A stretch of 64,000 nucleotides of DNA from positions 43,967-107,966 of the forward strand of contig CAWAPJ010000010.1 of NCBI GenBank assembly GCA_963783885.1, written 5' to 3'. This stretch comes from Waddliaceae bacterium (GTDB lineage: Bacteria; Chlamydiota; Chlamydiia; Chlamydiales; SLFE01). The translations under genes were made by a program, and so were the position numbers. This document shows positions 48,051 to 58,715 of this stretch, piece after piece; the first letter of the stretch is position 1, and each line of letters opens with the position of its first letter. Under the pieces are notes generated by a model, which saw only the letters and a program-made list of their open reading frames with translations, was not told where the DNA came from and did no database searches.

Positions 48051-51000
48051 ATGTTTGATGAAGTGACTCAGGAATCTTTTGCCGAAAGGGAAAAAAAAGT
48101 TCTTGAATTTTGGAAAAGGGAAAAAATTTTTGAAAAATCTGTCGAAAATCGCCGGGACAATGAAACGTTCATTTTCTATGACGGGCCTCCCTTTGCGACG
48201 GGGCTGCCTCATTACGGCCACCTGCTGGCCGGCACCATCAAAGATGTGATTCCACGCTACAAAACAATGAAAGGGTATTTTGTCCCCCGACGCTTCGGCT
48301 GGGACTGCCACGGCCTGCCCGTTGAGCAGGAGATCGAGAAGGCTCATGGTCTTTCGGGGGCCAAGTCGATCGAGGAGTTCGGGATCGGCAATTTTAACGA
48401 AAAGTGCCGGGAGATCGTTCTCCGCTATTCCGAGGAGTGGAAAGATACTGTGCTCAGAATGGGGAGATGGATCGATTTCGATAACACCTACCGCACTATG
48501 GACAAGTCATTCATGGAGTCTGTCTGGTGGGTGTTCAAACAGCTCTATGACATGGGGCTTGTCTATGAAGGGTATAAAGTGATGCCGTTTTCGGCAAAAT
48601 TGGGCACTCCGCTGTCGAATTTCGAGGCGGGTGAAAATTACAAAGAGATCGACGATCCTTCGCTAACAGTGAAATTCACTCTTGAAGATGATCCGAAGAC
48701 ATCGATTCTGGCATGGACGACAACTCCCTGGACGCTCGTTTCCAACCTGGGACTCATGGTCGGACCGGATGTCGATTATGTGAAAATTCACGACACGGTT
48801 GCTGATCAAAATTACATTTTGGCCAAAGAGCGGCTGGAGTCCTATTATGACGAGCCGGAAAATTTCACGATCATCCAAACCTTCAAAGGGAAAGAACTGG
48901 AGGGGCTTTCATACGAGCCGCTGTTTCCCTACTTTGCGGATCGGAAGAACAAGGGGGCGTTCCGGGTGATCCTGGAGGAAGAGGTGGCCACCAGTGAAGG
49001 TACGGGAATCGTCCATACGGCTCCGGCTTTCGGCGAGCTCGACTTTTACGCCTGCCAAAGAAACGGTATCGACCTCGTGTGTCCTGTGGACAGCAACGGC
49101 CAGTTTACTGAGGAAGTCCCGGAGTATGCCGGTCTTTTTGTCAAAGACGCCGACAAAGATATCATCAAAAGACTCAAACAAAAGTCCAAAGTTGTCCGCC
49201 ACGAGACAATTCATCACCGCTATCCGTTTTGCTGGAGATCGGACACTCCTCTGATCTACAGGGCCATGACGACGTGGTTTGTTGCTGTGGAGAAAGTGAA
49301 GGACAAAATGATCAGCGCCAATGACAAGATTCATTGGACGCCCGACTACATCAAACACGGCCGTTTCGGAAAATGGCTTGAGGGGGCCAGGGATTGGGCG
49401 ATCAGCCGGAGCCGCTATTGGGGAACACCGATTCCCCTTTGGCGGTCGGAAGACGGCGACATCGTCGTCATTGGAAGCGTGAAAGAGCTTGAGGATCTGA
49501 CCGGAATGGACATTCAGGACATCCACCGCCATTTTATCGACGATTTGACATTTACGAAAAACGGCAAGGTATACAAAAGAATCCCCGAAGTATTCGACTG
49601 CTGGTTTGAGTCGGGATCGATGCCTTATGCGCAAAATCACTACCCCTTCGAAAATCAGGACAGATTCGATCAGCTGTTTCCCGCCGACTTCATCGCGGAA
49701 GGGCTGGACCAGACGAGGGGCTGGTTTTATACGCTCACCGTTTTGGGAGCGGCCCTTTTTGATAGCGAAGCGTTCAAAAATGTGATCGTGAACGGAATCA
49801 TCCTCGCCGAAGACGGCACCAAGATGTCCAAAAGGTTGAAAAATTATCCCGAGCCGACAGCCGTTATCGAAAAATACGGCGCCGACGCGATTCGGCTTTA
49901 CATGCTCGACAGTCCGGCGGCTAAAGCCTCCGACCTTTGTTTTTCCGAAAGGGGAGTGGAGCTTGAGCTTAGGCAGGTGTTGATCCCGCTTTGGAATGCT
50001 TACAGCTTCTTCATTACCTACGCCCGCATTTGCGACTGGAAGCCCGACAAACAGTTCGAGCTTGAAACTCCGATGGATAAATGGATCGTGTCGATGCTGG
50101 GTAAGTTGATCCACGAGGTGGAAGAGGGACTGGATGCTTATGATCTCACACGGGCCGTTAAACCTTTTGTCGGATTTATCAACGAGCTGACAAACTGGTA
50201 CATCAGGAGAAGCCGCCGCCGTTTCTGGGAAGAAAAACCCACCGAGGACCGCGGGCAGGCTTTCGCGACGCTCTATTATGTTCTTGTGGAGCTGTCAAAA
50301 ATCGCAGCGCCGTTTGTTCCCTATATCAGTGAGATGATGTATACCAACCTTCGCAGCGACGATATGCCCGAATCGGTTCATCTTTGCCACTTTCCTAAGT
50401 ACCGGGAAAACTGGCGGGATATTCATCTTGAGCAGGCCATGGCCGCTGTGCAAACGGTGGTCAGTTTGGGCCACTCGCTGAGAAAGGACAATAAACTCAA
50501 GGTCCGCCAGCCCCTTCCCACCGTGCATATCGCTTCTCCAAGCGAAAAGACGCTCGGCTTTTTAGAAGAGCAAAAACATCTGATTCTCGATGAATTGAAT
50601 GTGAAAAACATTGAGTTTATCGGGGATGAAAAAGAGCTGGTGTCATTGAGCGCCAAGCCCAACTTCAAAGTTCTGGGAAAGGAAGTGGGCAAACTGATGC
50701 CGAAGGTTCAGAAGGCGATTCAGAGTCTTCCTCAAAAAGAGCTTGAGATGATTTTAAATGGCGGTCTTGTGAACCTGGAAATCGAAGGCGCCCAGCTCAA
50801 GCTCGGGTCAAATGAAGTTCTTGTCGACCGGACAGTCCGCGAAGGGCTCATTGCCGCTAATGAAGGGGTGATCACTGTCGCACTCGATACGGCATTGACT
50901 GAAGAACTCGAAATCGAAGGACTTGCCCGCGAGGTTGTCAATAAAGTGAACGCGATGCGCCGAGAAGGCGGGTTTGATGTGACAGACCGCATTCATCTCA

Positions 51001-51167
51001 CTTTGCAAACCACCCCTAGGGTGCAGAAAAGCTTTGAAAAGCATGGCGATACTATCAAGCAGGAGGTTCTTGCCAAAACGGTGGCATTTTCCGAATGCGA
51101 GGGGACCGAGTGGGATCTAAATGGTGAAAAGACCGTCATAAAAATAGAAAAAGCTAATCTATCTTGA
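48051..51167 (+). CDS. ileS: Isoleucyl-tRNA synthetase (type 2)
   Basis: DGPPFATGLPHYGH, GWDCHGLP, DWAISR.RYWGTP, KMSKR. Confidence 0.98.
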   Translation: MFDEVTQESFAEREKKVLEFWKREKIFEKSVENRRDNETFIFYDGPPFATGLPHYGHLLAGTIKDVIPRYKTMKGYFVPRRFGWDCHGLPVEQEIEKAHGLSGAKSIEEFGIGNFNEKCREIVLRYSEEWKDTVLRMGRWIDFDNTYRTMDKSFMESVWWVFKQLYDMGLVYEGYKVMPFSAKLGTPLSNFEAGENYKEIDDPSLTVKFTLEDDPKTSILAWTTTPWTLVSNLGLMVGPDVDYVKIHDTVADQNYILAKERLESYYDEPENFTIIQTFKGKELEGLSYEPLFPYFADRKNKGAFRVILEEEVATSEGTGIVHTAPAFGELDFYACQRNGIDLVCPVDSNGQFTEEVPEYAGLFVKDADKDIIKRLKQKSKVVRHETIHHRYPFCWRSDTPLIYRAMTTWFVAVEKVKDKMISANDKIHWTPDYIKHGRFGKWLEGARDWAISRSRYWGTPIPLWRSEDGDIVVIGSVKELEDLTGMDIQDIHRHFIDDLTFTKNGKVYKRIPEVFDCWFESGSMPYAQNHYPFENQDRFDQLFPADFIAEGLDQTRGWFYTLTVLGAALFDSEAFKNVIVNGIILAEDGTKMSKRLKNYPEPTAVIEKYGADAIRLYMLDSPAAKASDLCFSERGVELELRQVLIPLWNAYSFFITYARICDWKPDKQFELETPMDKWIVSMLGKLIHEVEEGLDAYDLTRAVKPFVGFINELTNWYIRRSRRRFWEEKPTEDRGQAFATLYYVLVELSKIAAPFVPYISEMMYTNLRSDDMPESVHLCHFPKYRENWRDIHLEQAMAAVQTVVSLGHSLRKDNKLKVRQPLPTVHIASPSEKTLGFLEEQKHLILDELNVKNIEFIGDEKELVSLSAKPNFKVLGKEVGKLMPKVQKAIQSLPQKELEMILNGGLVNLEIEGAQLKLGSNEVLVDRTVREGLIAANEGVITVALDTALTEELEIEGLAREVVNKVNAMRREGGFDVTDRIHLTLQTTPRVQKSFEKHGDTIKQEVLAKTVAFSECEGTEWDLNGEKTVIKIEKANLS

Positions 51168-52815
51168 AGTTTTGACGCTCTGATGGATGGGTGATGATTT
51201 CAATTTCTTGGTCATATCCTTCTTGCTGAGAACGACTATAAAGATTGGCTTTGACTTCTGGTACGGAAAGGCGGTCGCGGTTTCGCAGCATTCTTTTAAA
51301 CCTCGATTGATGCATTTCCTGTTTCTTGGCTAAAATTGTCGGAGCCAAAGTCACGACCGTTTGTATGTGGCTGCTTTCGATCGAAGTGTCATTGCGGAAA
51401 ATCTTCATTAATTCAAGAAGCAGAAATATGGTTTTACCTGACCTGTCAACGGCATCTTTGCAGACAACAATGATGGTATTTGGCTTGTAGTATCTTTGAC
51501 AAAGGAAGATAAAAAGAGAGTAAAAAATATCGAGAAAATCCCTTCTTTTCTGCCGGTCCAAACGCGATTCGTTAAAAAAGACATCATGGTGAATGTGATT
51601 AATAAGTTGAATCATCTCTTTTCGAAAATTCAGGTCTTTTTTAACCAACTCAGGGCAGTGATTGACCGGAGTGTTAAAAAATTGGTTGATGATTTCTTCT
51701 TTAAATTTTTCAGAATCATAAAGCCTCTTCCATTCCTTGGATTGGTGATAAAACCTCGAATCGTGGTCAATGGTAAAAAAATTGTCCGCCATGCCGACCC
51801 TTTCAAATCCTCTTTTGAGCGCTTCTGTCCGCGAGATTTCCGCCCGGGCTTCTATTTTTGGTTTGACGACATCTTCTGTGGAGCATTGAAGGTTGAAATA
51901 CAGAACTTTATTTCCTGTATCATGCGAGTGGCGAAGATACGCTTGAAATTCTGGGGACATAATCGCTTGGCTTTCTTCGATTTCGGTATCGGAAAGACCA
52001 ATAGTAGGTGTTCCTGTGCGTAAAAAACGGGTTTCATGGCCCAAAATTTTGAGATCGAAGAGAACAAATGGGGGGTTGCCCATTATTAGTGGATCAAAAC
52101 CGTAGCCTAAAGCCCCTTTTACCTTATTTGCTGAAAGAGCAAAAATAGGGGCTTTGTATGATTGAGGGCATTGGTAAATAGCCGCTTGCTGCTCTTCTAA
52201 ACTGAGCGCATCGACATCTATCATTTCTGCTTTTAAGCCTGAGTTAATTTCATGCCCGATTTGAATGATGCGAATGATGACCGAATCGGCGAAGGAATAA
52301 AGTTTGGAATTATATAAGGCGGCAGCGACTTGGTGCAGCTGCTGCACATCCACAGAATTTGTGTGTCGGGCTTGCTCGTATTCTTTGGAAAGAAGAGCCT
52401 CTCTAAGAGAGTCAATTATCTTATGATATTTTTCTCTGGGACCGCCTTCGAATTCATCCAATTTTTTATATAGGATGAAAAGTATTTGCTTTATTCGGAT
52501 TTGAAGAGGCCTAAGTTTATCATCTTGAAAAGAATTTAGATTGTGGATGTCTTTCGGAATATTGGTATAGAATTCCATGAGAAGGTATGAATATTTCACT
52601 TTTTTCCATTCGTGATCGCCGTCAGAAATGCAGTCGTATGGATACCTGATAATTCCAATTAGACTATTAAAGGAAGGTATATAACTTCCGAATTGTTGAT
52701 AGAAATACGTCCAAGCTATCTTGACAACAGCATTAGTGTCCAAAGTTCTGTTAAGTTGCAACCTGAGATCAGGTTCTTTTGATTTGCTTGGAGGGTGGCC
52801 ATTCGGCGGTTCCAT
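51154..52815 (-). CDS. Hypothetical protein with CX5R phosphatase-like motif
   Basis: IVVCKDAVDRSG; RFLRTGTPT; AT-rich gene between ileS and lepB. Confidence 0.6.
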   Translation of the reverse strand: MEPPNGHPPSKSKEPDLRLQLNRTLDTNAVVKIAWTYFYQQFGSYIPSFNSLIGIIRYPYDCISDGDHEWKKVKYSYLLMEFYTNIPKDIHNLNSFQDDKLRPLQIRIKQILFILYKKLDEFEGGPREKYHKIIDSLREALLSKEYEQARHTNSVDVQQLHQVAAALYNSKLYSFADSVIIRIIQIGHEINSGLKAEMIDVDALSLEEQQAAIYQCPQSYKAPIFALSANKVKGALGYGFDPLIMGNPPFVLFDLKILGHETRFLRTGTPTIGLSDTEIEESQAIMSPEFQAYLRHSHDTGNKVLYFNLQCSTEDVVKPKIEARAEISRTEALKRGFERVGMADNFFTIDHDSRFYHQSKEWKRLYDSEKFKEEIINQFFNTPVNHCPELVKKDLNFRKEMIQLINHIHHDVFFNESRLDRQKRRDFLDIFYSLFIFLCQRYYKPNTIIVVCKDAVDRSGKTIFLLLELMKIFRNDTSIESSHIQTVVTLAPTILAKKQEMHQSRFKRMLRNRDRLSVPEVKANLYSRSQQEGYDQEIEIITHPSERQNFKID

Positions 52816-52866
52816 AATTCCTCGGCACTAAATGTTTCAAATACAAACGGGATATTACCAGACGAA

Positions 52867-54783
52867 TTAATTTTTAGAGAGCTTTTTATAGATTGGCTGC
52901 CCCAGCTGCCAGCGGTGGAAAGCATACCAGATTCCAAGGGCAATGAGAAATACGATCCAGATGATAACATTTTGCACTGTGACCCAAGGATATGAGACCT
53001 GGTCAGGGAATCCCCAGCGGGGGCCGGGAGGCCAAAAGATGAAGGTCGGAGTTCCCTTGATATTCTGCTGGGGAACGAATCCGAATGACCGGCTGTCTCC
53101 GCTCATCGCGTGGTTGTCGCCGAGGACAAGATAGTGTTTTTCCGGAACATGTATGCCGAATTTCTTGATATAATCGGCATCGATTTTACCGTTTTTCAGC
53201 GGAGGCCCGTGGTCGATAAAGGGGAGATAAGAATGGTTTTTTTCGGCTTTTTGCTCTTCTCTTTTGACAAACTCCTGAAGCACTGGGTCGTCTTTTTTAA
53301 AGAGGGGAGATCCCATGATGTAAAGGTCGCCGTTTCGAAAGTAAGCATAGCGGAAGGGGTGGTAGGGCTGATCCGGCATTCGGGGGCTGAAAGCCCGGTT
53401 GAAAAGAATGCCTAAATTAAAAAGCTTTTGCACATTTTCCGGCGATCGGCTGTAGAGCGGATTGGTTTTAGGAAGCTTCTCGCAATAGCCCTTAAAACTG
53501 ATTTTGCAGGCTTTGCCGTGGTAGAATTCATAAGTGCCGTCGGCAACATTGGCAAATTCGGGATTAAGACTGCCGTATGGCGCCGGGTTTTCGGAATAGT
53601 TTCTCGCTAGTCCGCCGCGCACCTGGAATCTGGCGGTATAAAGTCCATTCATCAGGGAGTCGATTTTTTCTTTGTCTAGCGGGATGATGGATGTTTCTGT
53701 ATTGAGAACGGTTTGATAGTAGTTGTTTGAGGGTGAGGAATAAACCTGGCTGCCACTGAGGGTGGGGTCGTGCCGAAGCTCGAGATAGAGCGGTGCTTTT
53801 TCAACATTTTGCGCCAGATCAGGATCGATGAGCATGAGTTGTTTGCCGGTCAATATTCGGGCCATGGCAAAGTTCTTTATTCCCAGATAATCTTCATATT
53901 TGAGGGAATTGACTTTTTTCCATCCTGAAGGAGTAAGAACTTCGCCTGTGGAGTTTCCAATCCAATTAGTGGAAATTTTGCCGATTGGCTTGTTAAAATG
54001 CAAAAAGACGGTTTCTTTGGCAATGCCTGCGCTTTTTGGTTTGACATTGACATCCTTGCCTTCAAATGTGGTGAAGGGGATGTACTCGAGCCCTTTCATT
54101 CGGGAGTTGTTGCGAAGATCAGAGATATCTTTTCCGCTTTTATCGATGCCGTAAATCTGCCCTCCATAGAAATAGAGGGTGTCGCCCGGTTTTCCAATCA
54201 ACCTTTTGATGTATCTTTTTTTATAGGGGAAGACCCAAAAGTATTTGGTATCGGTATTGGGGAGGTCGATATTGTTTCCCGACCAGATAATCGGGTTGCC
54301 CCTGATGACGCTTTCCGGATTGAAATAAATATGGCCATTCATAAATGGCATATTAATCCCGTAGGTCGTTTTCGAAACCAGCAGGTGGTCTTGCTCCTTG
54401 AATGTCGGCCTCATGGAACCGGAGGGGATTTGGTAAAGCTCGAACCAGGTCTGACGGACGATCGTCGCTAAAATTAGGGCGATGGCAAGAGCGAAGACAA
54501 TTTCCTTGGCGTAATGAAGAAAGGGGCGGTGGATTTTGCCCTCTCCGAATGTTTCGAGATCTTTGGCAAGCCGGCTGGCCTCTTCCTTTTTCCCTTCTCT
54601 AACCGCCTCATCAAGCTGCTCCATCTGGTTTTCAAATTGCTCGAGCTGAGGCTTTGGCAGGGATTGCCAATGCTTTTTATACCAGCTATAGCACCATTTT
54701 AGAATATTGCGGCTTTTGCCAAGGGGATATCGTGTGCGCCCAAACATGCTGCCTAGCATAAGTGAAATCTTAAAAAAACTCAA
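52867..54783 (-). CDS. lepB: Signal peptidase I (long chlamydial form; start may lie a few codons downstream)
   Basis: IPSGSMRPT, YIKRLIGKPGD, LGDNHAMSGDSRSFGFVP. Confidence 0.95.
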   Translation of the reverse strand: MSFFKISLMLGSMFGRTRYPLGKSRNILKWCYSWYKKHWQSLPKPQLEQFENQMEQLDEAVREGKKEEASRLAKDLETFGEGKIHRPFLHYAKEIVFALAIALILATIVRQTWFELYQIPSGSMRPTFKEQDHLLVSKTTYGINMPFMNGHIYFNPESVIRGNPIIWSGNNIDLPNTDTKYFWVFPYKKRYIKRLIGKPGDTLYFYGGQIYGIDKSGKDISDLRNNSRMKGLEYIPFTTFEGKDVNVKPKSAGIAKETVFLHFNKPIGKISTNWIGNSTGEVLTPSGWKKVNSLKYEDYLGIKNFAMARILTGKQLMLIDPDLAQNVEKAPLYLELRHDPTLSGSQVYSSPSNNYYQTVLNTETSIIPLDKEKIDSLMNGLYTARFQVRGGLARNYSENPAPYGSLNPEFANVADGTYEFYHGKACKISFKGYCEKLPKTNPLYSRSPENVQKLFNLGILFNRAFSPRMPDQPYHPFRYAYFRNGDLYIMGSPLFKKDDPVLQEFVKREEQKAEKNHSYLPFIDHGPPLKNGKIDADYIKKFGIHVPEKHYLVLGDNHAMSGDSRSFGFVPQQNIKGTPTFIFWPPGPRWGFPDQVSYPWVTVQNVIIWIVFLIALGIWYAFHRWQLGQPIYKKLSKN

Positions 54784-54999
54784 TGCGAAAAGTGATGATA
54801 GTAATCGGAAAAAAGAGTCAAATGCAAGATAATTCAGAACAAAAAACCTAGTGCTCCGTCAAGTTTACCAGATCTTGCGAGATTATTTTCAAGGGAGAGT
54901 ATTATTGCTCATAAATACAGGATTTCGTTCCAGAACGAGACGAAAAGACCTTAATAACAAGTTTAGGCAGCAGTCAGGTTCTGAGTTCAAACATGTATT

Positions 55000-55350
55000 T
55001 TAATTGCACTTTTTAACGAATTCTGACTTCAACATCATCGAACCGAAACCCTTGACCTTGGCGTCTATATTATGACCATTTACCTCTTCGACCAAGCGGA
55101 TATTTTTAACTTTGACTCCAACCTTAATTACTGACGAAGTTCCTTTGACTTTGATGTCCTTGATAATGGTCACACTATCACCATCTTTGAGTAAATTTCC
55201 ATGCGCATCTTTCACAACCAGTTCGGTTTTTTTCTCTTCAGGCTCTGATTCTCTTGTCCATTCGTGGGCACATACTGGACATATGTACAGATTTCCATCT
55301 TCATAAGTTAATTCAGAACCACAGTTAATGCAATTAGGTAGATTTTCCAT
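55000..55350 (-). CDS. yjdM: Zinc-ribbon protein YjdM (PhnA-like)
   Basis: [37 protein letters not shown]. Confidence 0.9.
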   Translation of the reverse strand: MENLPNCINCGSELTYEDGNLYICPVCAHEWTRESEPEEKKTELVVKDAHGNLLKDGDSVTIIKDIKVKGTSSVIKVGVKVKNIRLVEEVNGHNIDAKVKGFGSMMLKSEFVKKCN

Positions 55351-55467
55351 AGAATTTCACACGTAAATTTTATAAAAATATATTTTATCACAAAGAAAAT
55401 TGCACTTCAATTTAAAACACATTCTACTGCCGTAAACCGCATGAGGTCGGGAAAAGATGAGCTTTAT

Positions 55468-55542
55468 TCCGACCCCTGATTGTCATCCTAATCCGCTGTG
55501 AGACGCTCTAGAAAGTGATTAGGGTGACAATCAGGGGTCGGA
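55468..55542. repeat. 26-bp inverted repeat overlapping the sulP 3' end
   Basis: TCCGACCCCTGATTGTCATCCTAATC / GATTAGGGTGACAATCAGGGGTCGGA, one mismatch, 23-nt loop. Confidence 0.8.
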
Positions 55543-57188
55543 GATATTTTTGTTTTAGCGAGTGCTAATGCTTCAGAATAAGAAGCCGCATAGCTCACAT
55601 GATCCCAGCCCTGTTTTGAGTGAAATCTAGACAAAACAGAAACAGGCTGATTTTGCAGTGCTGAAAAAATAACTTGAATATTTTTAGAGTAACATTGTTT
55701 CACAAGATCATCCAAACCCGAAGTGCCTGTAGTATCAAGAAAAGGAACTAATCTCATCCGAATAATCAAAATTTTAGGATTCTCTCCAATTTTTTTTAGA
55801 AGTTCGGGAATATCGCCGGCTATGCCAAAGAAAATTGGTCCTGCAATCCAAAATACCTCCACTCCTTTGGGTAATTCTCCCCTTTGATAATCTTCTTCTC
55901 TATATTGTCCAAACCCTTCCTTAACGCCGGAAGATATTTCAATCGATCGAGACATTTGCATTACAAACAATAGCGACGCCAGCGTTACGCCTACTCCGAT
56001 AGCAACTGTTAAATCCACAAATATGGTTAATAAAAATGTCATTAACAGAATGATTCTATCACTACCGGAAAACTTCATTGTACGGATAAATCGATGAGCT
56101 TCGCTCATCTCCCACGCAACAAAAAATAGAATAGCTGCTAGGGCAGTCATCGGAATAAACTTCATTGAACTAGCAGCAAATAAGATAAACATCAGTAAAA
56201 ATAGGGCATGGAAAATTCCCGCAAAAGGTGTTTTACCTCCGGCAGTGATGTTAGTTGCCGTTCGTGCTATTGCCCCCGTCGCAGGAACTCCGCCAAATAA
56301 AGCTGATGTAAAATTCGCAATACCTTGAGCAACAAGTTCTTGATTGGACCTATGTTTGTAGCCTGTCATACCATCGGCAACTACAGCTGAAAGGAGCGCT
56401 TCTACCCCGGCTAGGAATGCTATAATAAATGCCGAAGGTAAAACCTGTTGCACCTTAGTTAACGATACATCAGGCCATCTAGGGAAGGGTATTCCTGTAG
56501 AAATGTTGGGAAAACGAGAGCCTATAGTTTCTACATCTAAATTGAATAAAATAACCACAAAGGATGCTAAAACAAGAGCAATAAGGTAGCGAGGAAGGCA
56601 GGGTGTAATTTTACGTACAGCAAAAATTGTTCCTAAAGCCATTATACCAACGCCAATTGTTGCAAATCCCATATCATTAATAGAAGAAATGTAGACATTC
56701 CATTTTTCAGCAAAGCCGCTTGGCACATTATCAAACTGTAATCCCAAAAAATCTTTAATCTGCGTTGATGCAATAATCACAGCTATTCCTGATGTAAAAC
56801 CTGTAATCACCGGCTGAGGTATGAACTTAATGAGCTGTCCCAGCTTGGCATAGCCTGCAATAATCAGAATAATTCCGGCTAAAATCGTAGCAATAAGCAA
56901 GCCATCATAGCCATATTGTCCAATTACGCTATACAAAATAACAACAAACGCTCCTGTTGGACCTCCAATTTGAACGCGCGATCCCCCTAACAATGAGATA
57001 AGAAAGCCTGCAATTATTGCCGTTATAATCCCTTGTTCAGGGGAAGCGCCGCTAGCAATGCCAAGAGCCATAGCCAATGGCAATGCCACAATTGCCACTG
57101 TTAAACCTGCCAGTACATCTGAACGCAAGTCAGTAATGCTGTATCCGGCTTTTAAAATAGATAAACTTTTTGGAGTAAATCGAATCAT
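55488..57188 (-). CDS. SulP-family anion transporter with STAS domain
   Basis: AGLTVAIVALPLAMA, GGSRVQIGGPTGAF, GAIARTA, STAS GPIFFG...LD.TG. Confidence 0.95.
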   Translation of the reverse strand: MIRFTPKSLSILKAGYSITDLRSDVLAGLTVAIVALPLAMALGIASGASPEQGIITAIIAGFLISLLGGSRVQIGGPTGAFVVILYSVIGQYGYDGLLIATILAGIILIIAGYAKLGQLIKFIPQPVITGFTSGIAVIIASTQIKDFLGLQFDNVPSGFAEKWNVYISSINDMGFATIGVGIMALGTIFAVRKITPCLPRYLIALVLASFVVILFNLDVETIGSRFPNISTGIPFPRWPDVSLTKVQQVLPSAFIIAFLAGVEALLSAVVADGMTGYKHRSNQELVAQGIANFTSALFGGVPATGAIARTATNITAGGKTPFAGIFHALFLLMFILFAASSMKFIPMTALAAILFFVAWEMSEAHRFIRTMKFSGSDRIILLMTFLLTIFVDLTVAIGVGVTLASLLFVMQMSRSIEISSGVKEGFGQYREEDYQRGELPKGVEVFWIAGPIFFGIAGDIPELLKKIGENPKILIIRMRLVPFLDTTGTSGLDDLVKQCYSKNIQVIFSALQNQPVSVLSRFHSKQGWDHVSYAASYSEALALAKTKISPTPDCHPNHFLERLTAD

Positions 57189-57928
57189 TTTCGTTAAACC
57201 AACACAAATCAGCTGATATTCAATGAGTTAAAATTTTAGTGCTATCAAGAGGGATAAGCGTTCTATGGTATTTGTCAAGAACAGACCGCTTAAATAAGGG
57301 TTATGATATGACTATTTTAGATTTCTTTCAATGAAATATTCTGCAGTTGAAAAAGTCTTTTCTTGGGATTTGAGAATTAATCTTGTTTTAGATTAACGAG
57401 TATATTTAGAATTTCTGTCCCAATGCCGCAATTCAAAAGTGTTTTCCATTTCGTTCATTGGGACTCAAGCCATGTTTTGTCTGCTCCCCAGAAGTTTTGA
57501 ACTTCGAGTAAACTTTTTGTTCCCACCCTTAATGCTGATATCTAAAATTTTTCCCGGCAGATTAGGTGAATCGATGCGATGGATGAATTCAAATTTCCCT
57601 ATCAGTTTGGGAAGTTTTTGTCTGCAGGTTCCCTATGACCCTGATTGCTACGCAAACAGCCAGCTTCAACGGGTTTGGTAGTAAGTTCGGTATATGTTCG
57701 GTTATTTGTGCTAAATGGTTGGATTTTAGCCCCTTTTTGTGTGGATAATCTGTCAGCAACTTGTCGGCATCGGTTCATAACTCCTGGTATATAAGGATTT
57801 TTACACTCCTTATGGAAAACAATCACAACTCATAACCTATAGATATTCAGAATGATATGATTCATCTCCCTAGGGTTCCGCAGTGAGCCGCCCAGGATAA
57901 CGGATGTAAATAAATGATTGTTGATAAC

Positions 57929-58636
57929 TTAGGGATATTTGTTGGGTGAGACAGCGCCGCTGCCGGAATCCACGATACGAATATTGGTTTTCCCCGCCAT
58001 TGCCTTCACTCTCATCCAATAAGGAAAATAGGAAGGATATCGATCGGATTCACGGGGAATGTAGATGTGCAGCAGCTTGCCTGACATTTCGCTTCCGTCG
58101 CTTGGCCATTTCGCTCCCCAGGCGTCGAAGTAAACGTCGGGGACGATCTGTCCGTTCACAACCATGCGCGGGTGCCAAAGACGCCTGTTTCCATCGGATG
58201 TGTCGACATAGCGCCGTTGATTCATCGGCAGCGGATAGAAGGGAAGGTTGATCAGTTTTGTGAAAAGGTTGTCTGTTTCCGAAAGGTTCATCCGGCTTTG
58301 ATGGGGGAAGGAATACATATCCTGAATCCTTCCGTCTAGCAAATCGATTTTGTAGGCAAGCCATGCCGTATGGTTTGGCGCCCCCCCCTCTATCCAGGAC
58401 CGCCATGAAGGGGTCCAGTTCGGGAATCTTGCTCCGGGAATGGTGATCTCCTGTACGAGTAGAGAGTTATCGTCCTTATCCTGAATAAGAAGCATGGTAT
58501 AGTTTTTATTGCGGCAAGTGACCAGAAAGTCGCCCGGCTTGGCTTTTTTTAGATTATCTCTTAAGACCAAAGAATCTGAAAATGCAGCTAATGGACTTAA
58601 AATTAGTAAGATAAGAATGAATAATTTGGTTTTCAT
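57929..58636 (-). CDS. Chlamydial conserved exported protein (CT021-like)
   Basis: Signal peptide; AKPGDF.V, WP.DGSE.SGK, FPYW, IVDSG; lepB neighbour as recalled for Chlamydia. Confidence 0.65.
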   Translation of the reverse strand: MKTKLFILILLILSPLAAFSDSLVLRDNLKKAKPGDFLVTCRNKNYTMLLIQDKDDNSLLVQEITIPGARFPNWTPSWRSWIEGGAPNHTAWLAYKIDLLDGRIQDMYSFPHQSRMNLSETDNLFTKLINLPFYPLPMNQRRYVDTSDGNRRLWHPRMVVNGQIVPDVYFDAWGAKWPSDGSEMSGKLLHIYIPRESDRYPSYFPYWMRVKAMAGKTNIRIVDSGSGAVSPNKYP

Positions 58637-58715
58637 AACTAATTGCCTAGGGGTGCATTGAATTCAAGTTTAATCGATAGTATGAATAAATATAAGATAT
58701 AAAACGGATTTTAAA

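Noticed and set aside
48909-50114. 401-aa antisense ORF, and similar ones such as 10219-11232 and 35548-36405
   Set aside because: Shadow frames of ileS, the copper oxidase and the OMP, with no recognisable motifs
57440-57890. Short ORFs and possible IS-end fragments upstream of sulP
   Set aside because: No recognisable transposase motif or paired IRs; cannot be supported without a search
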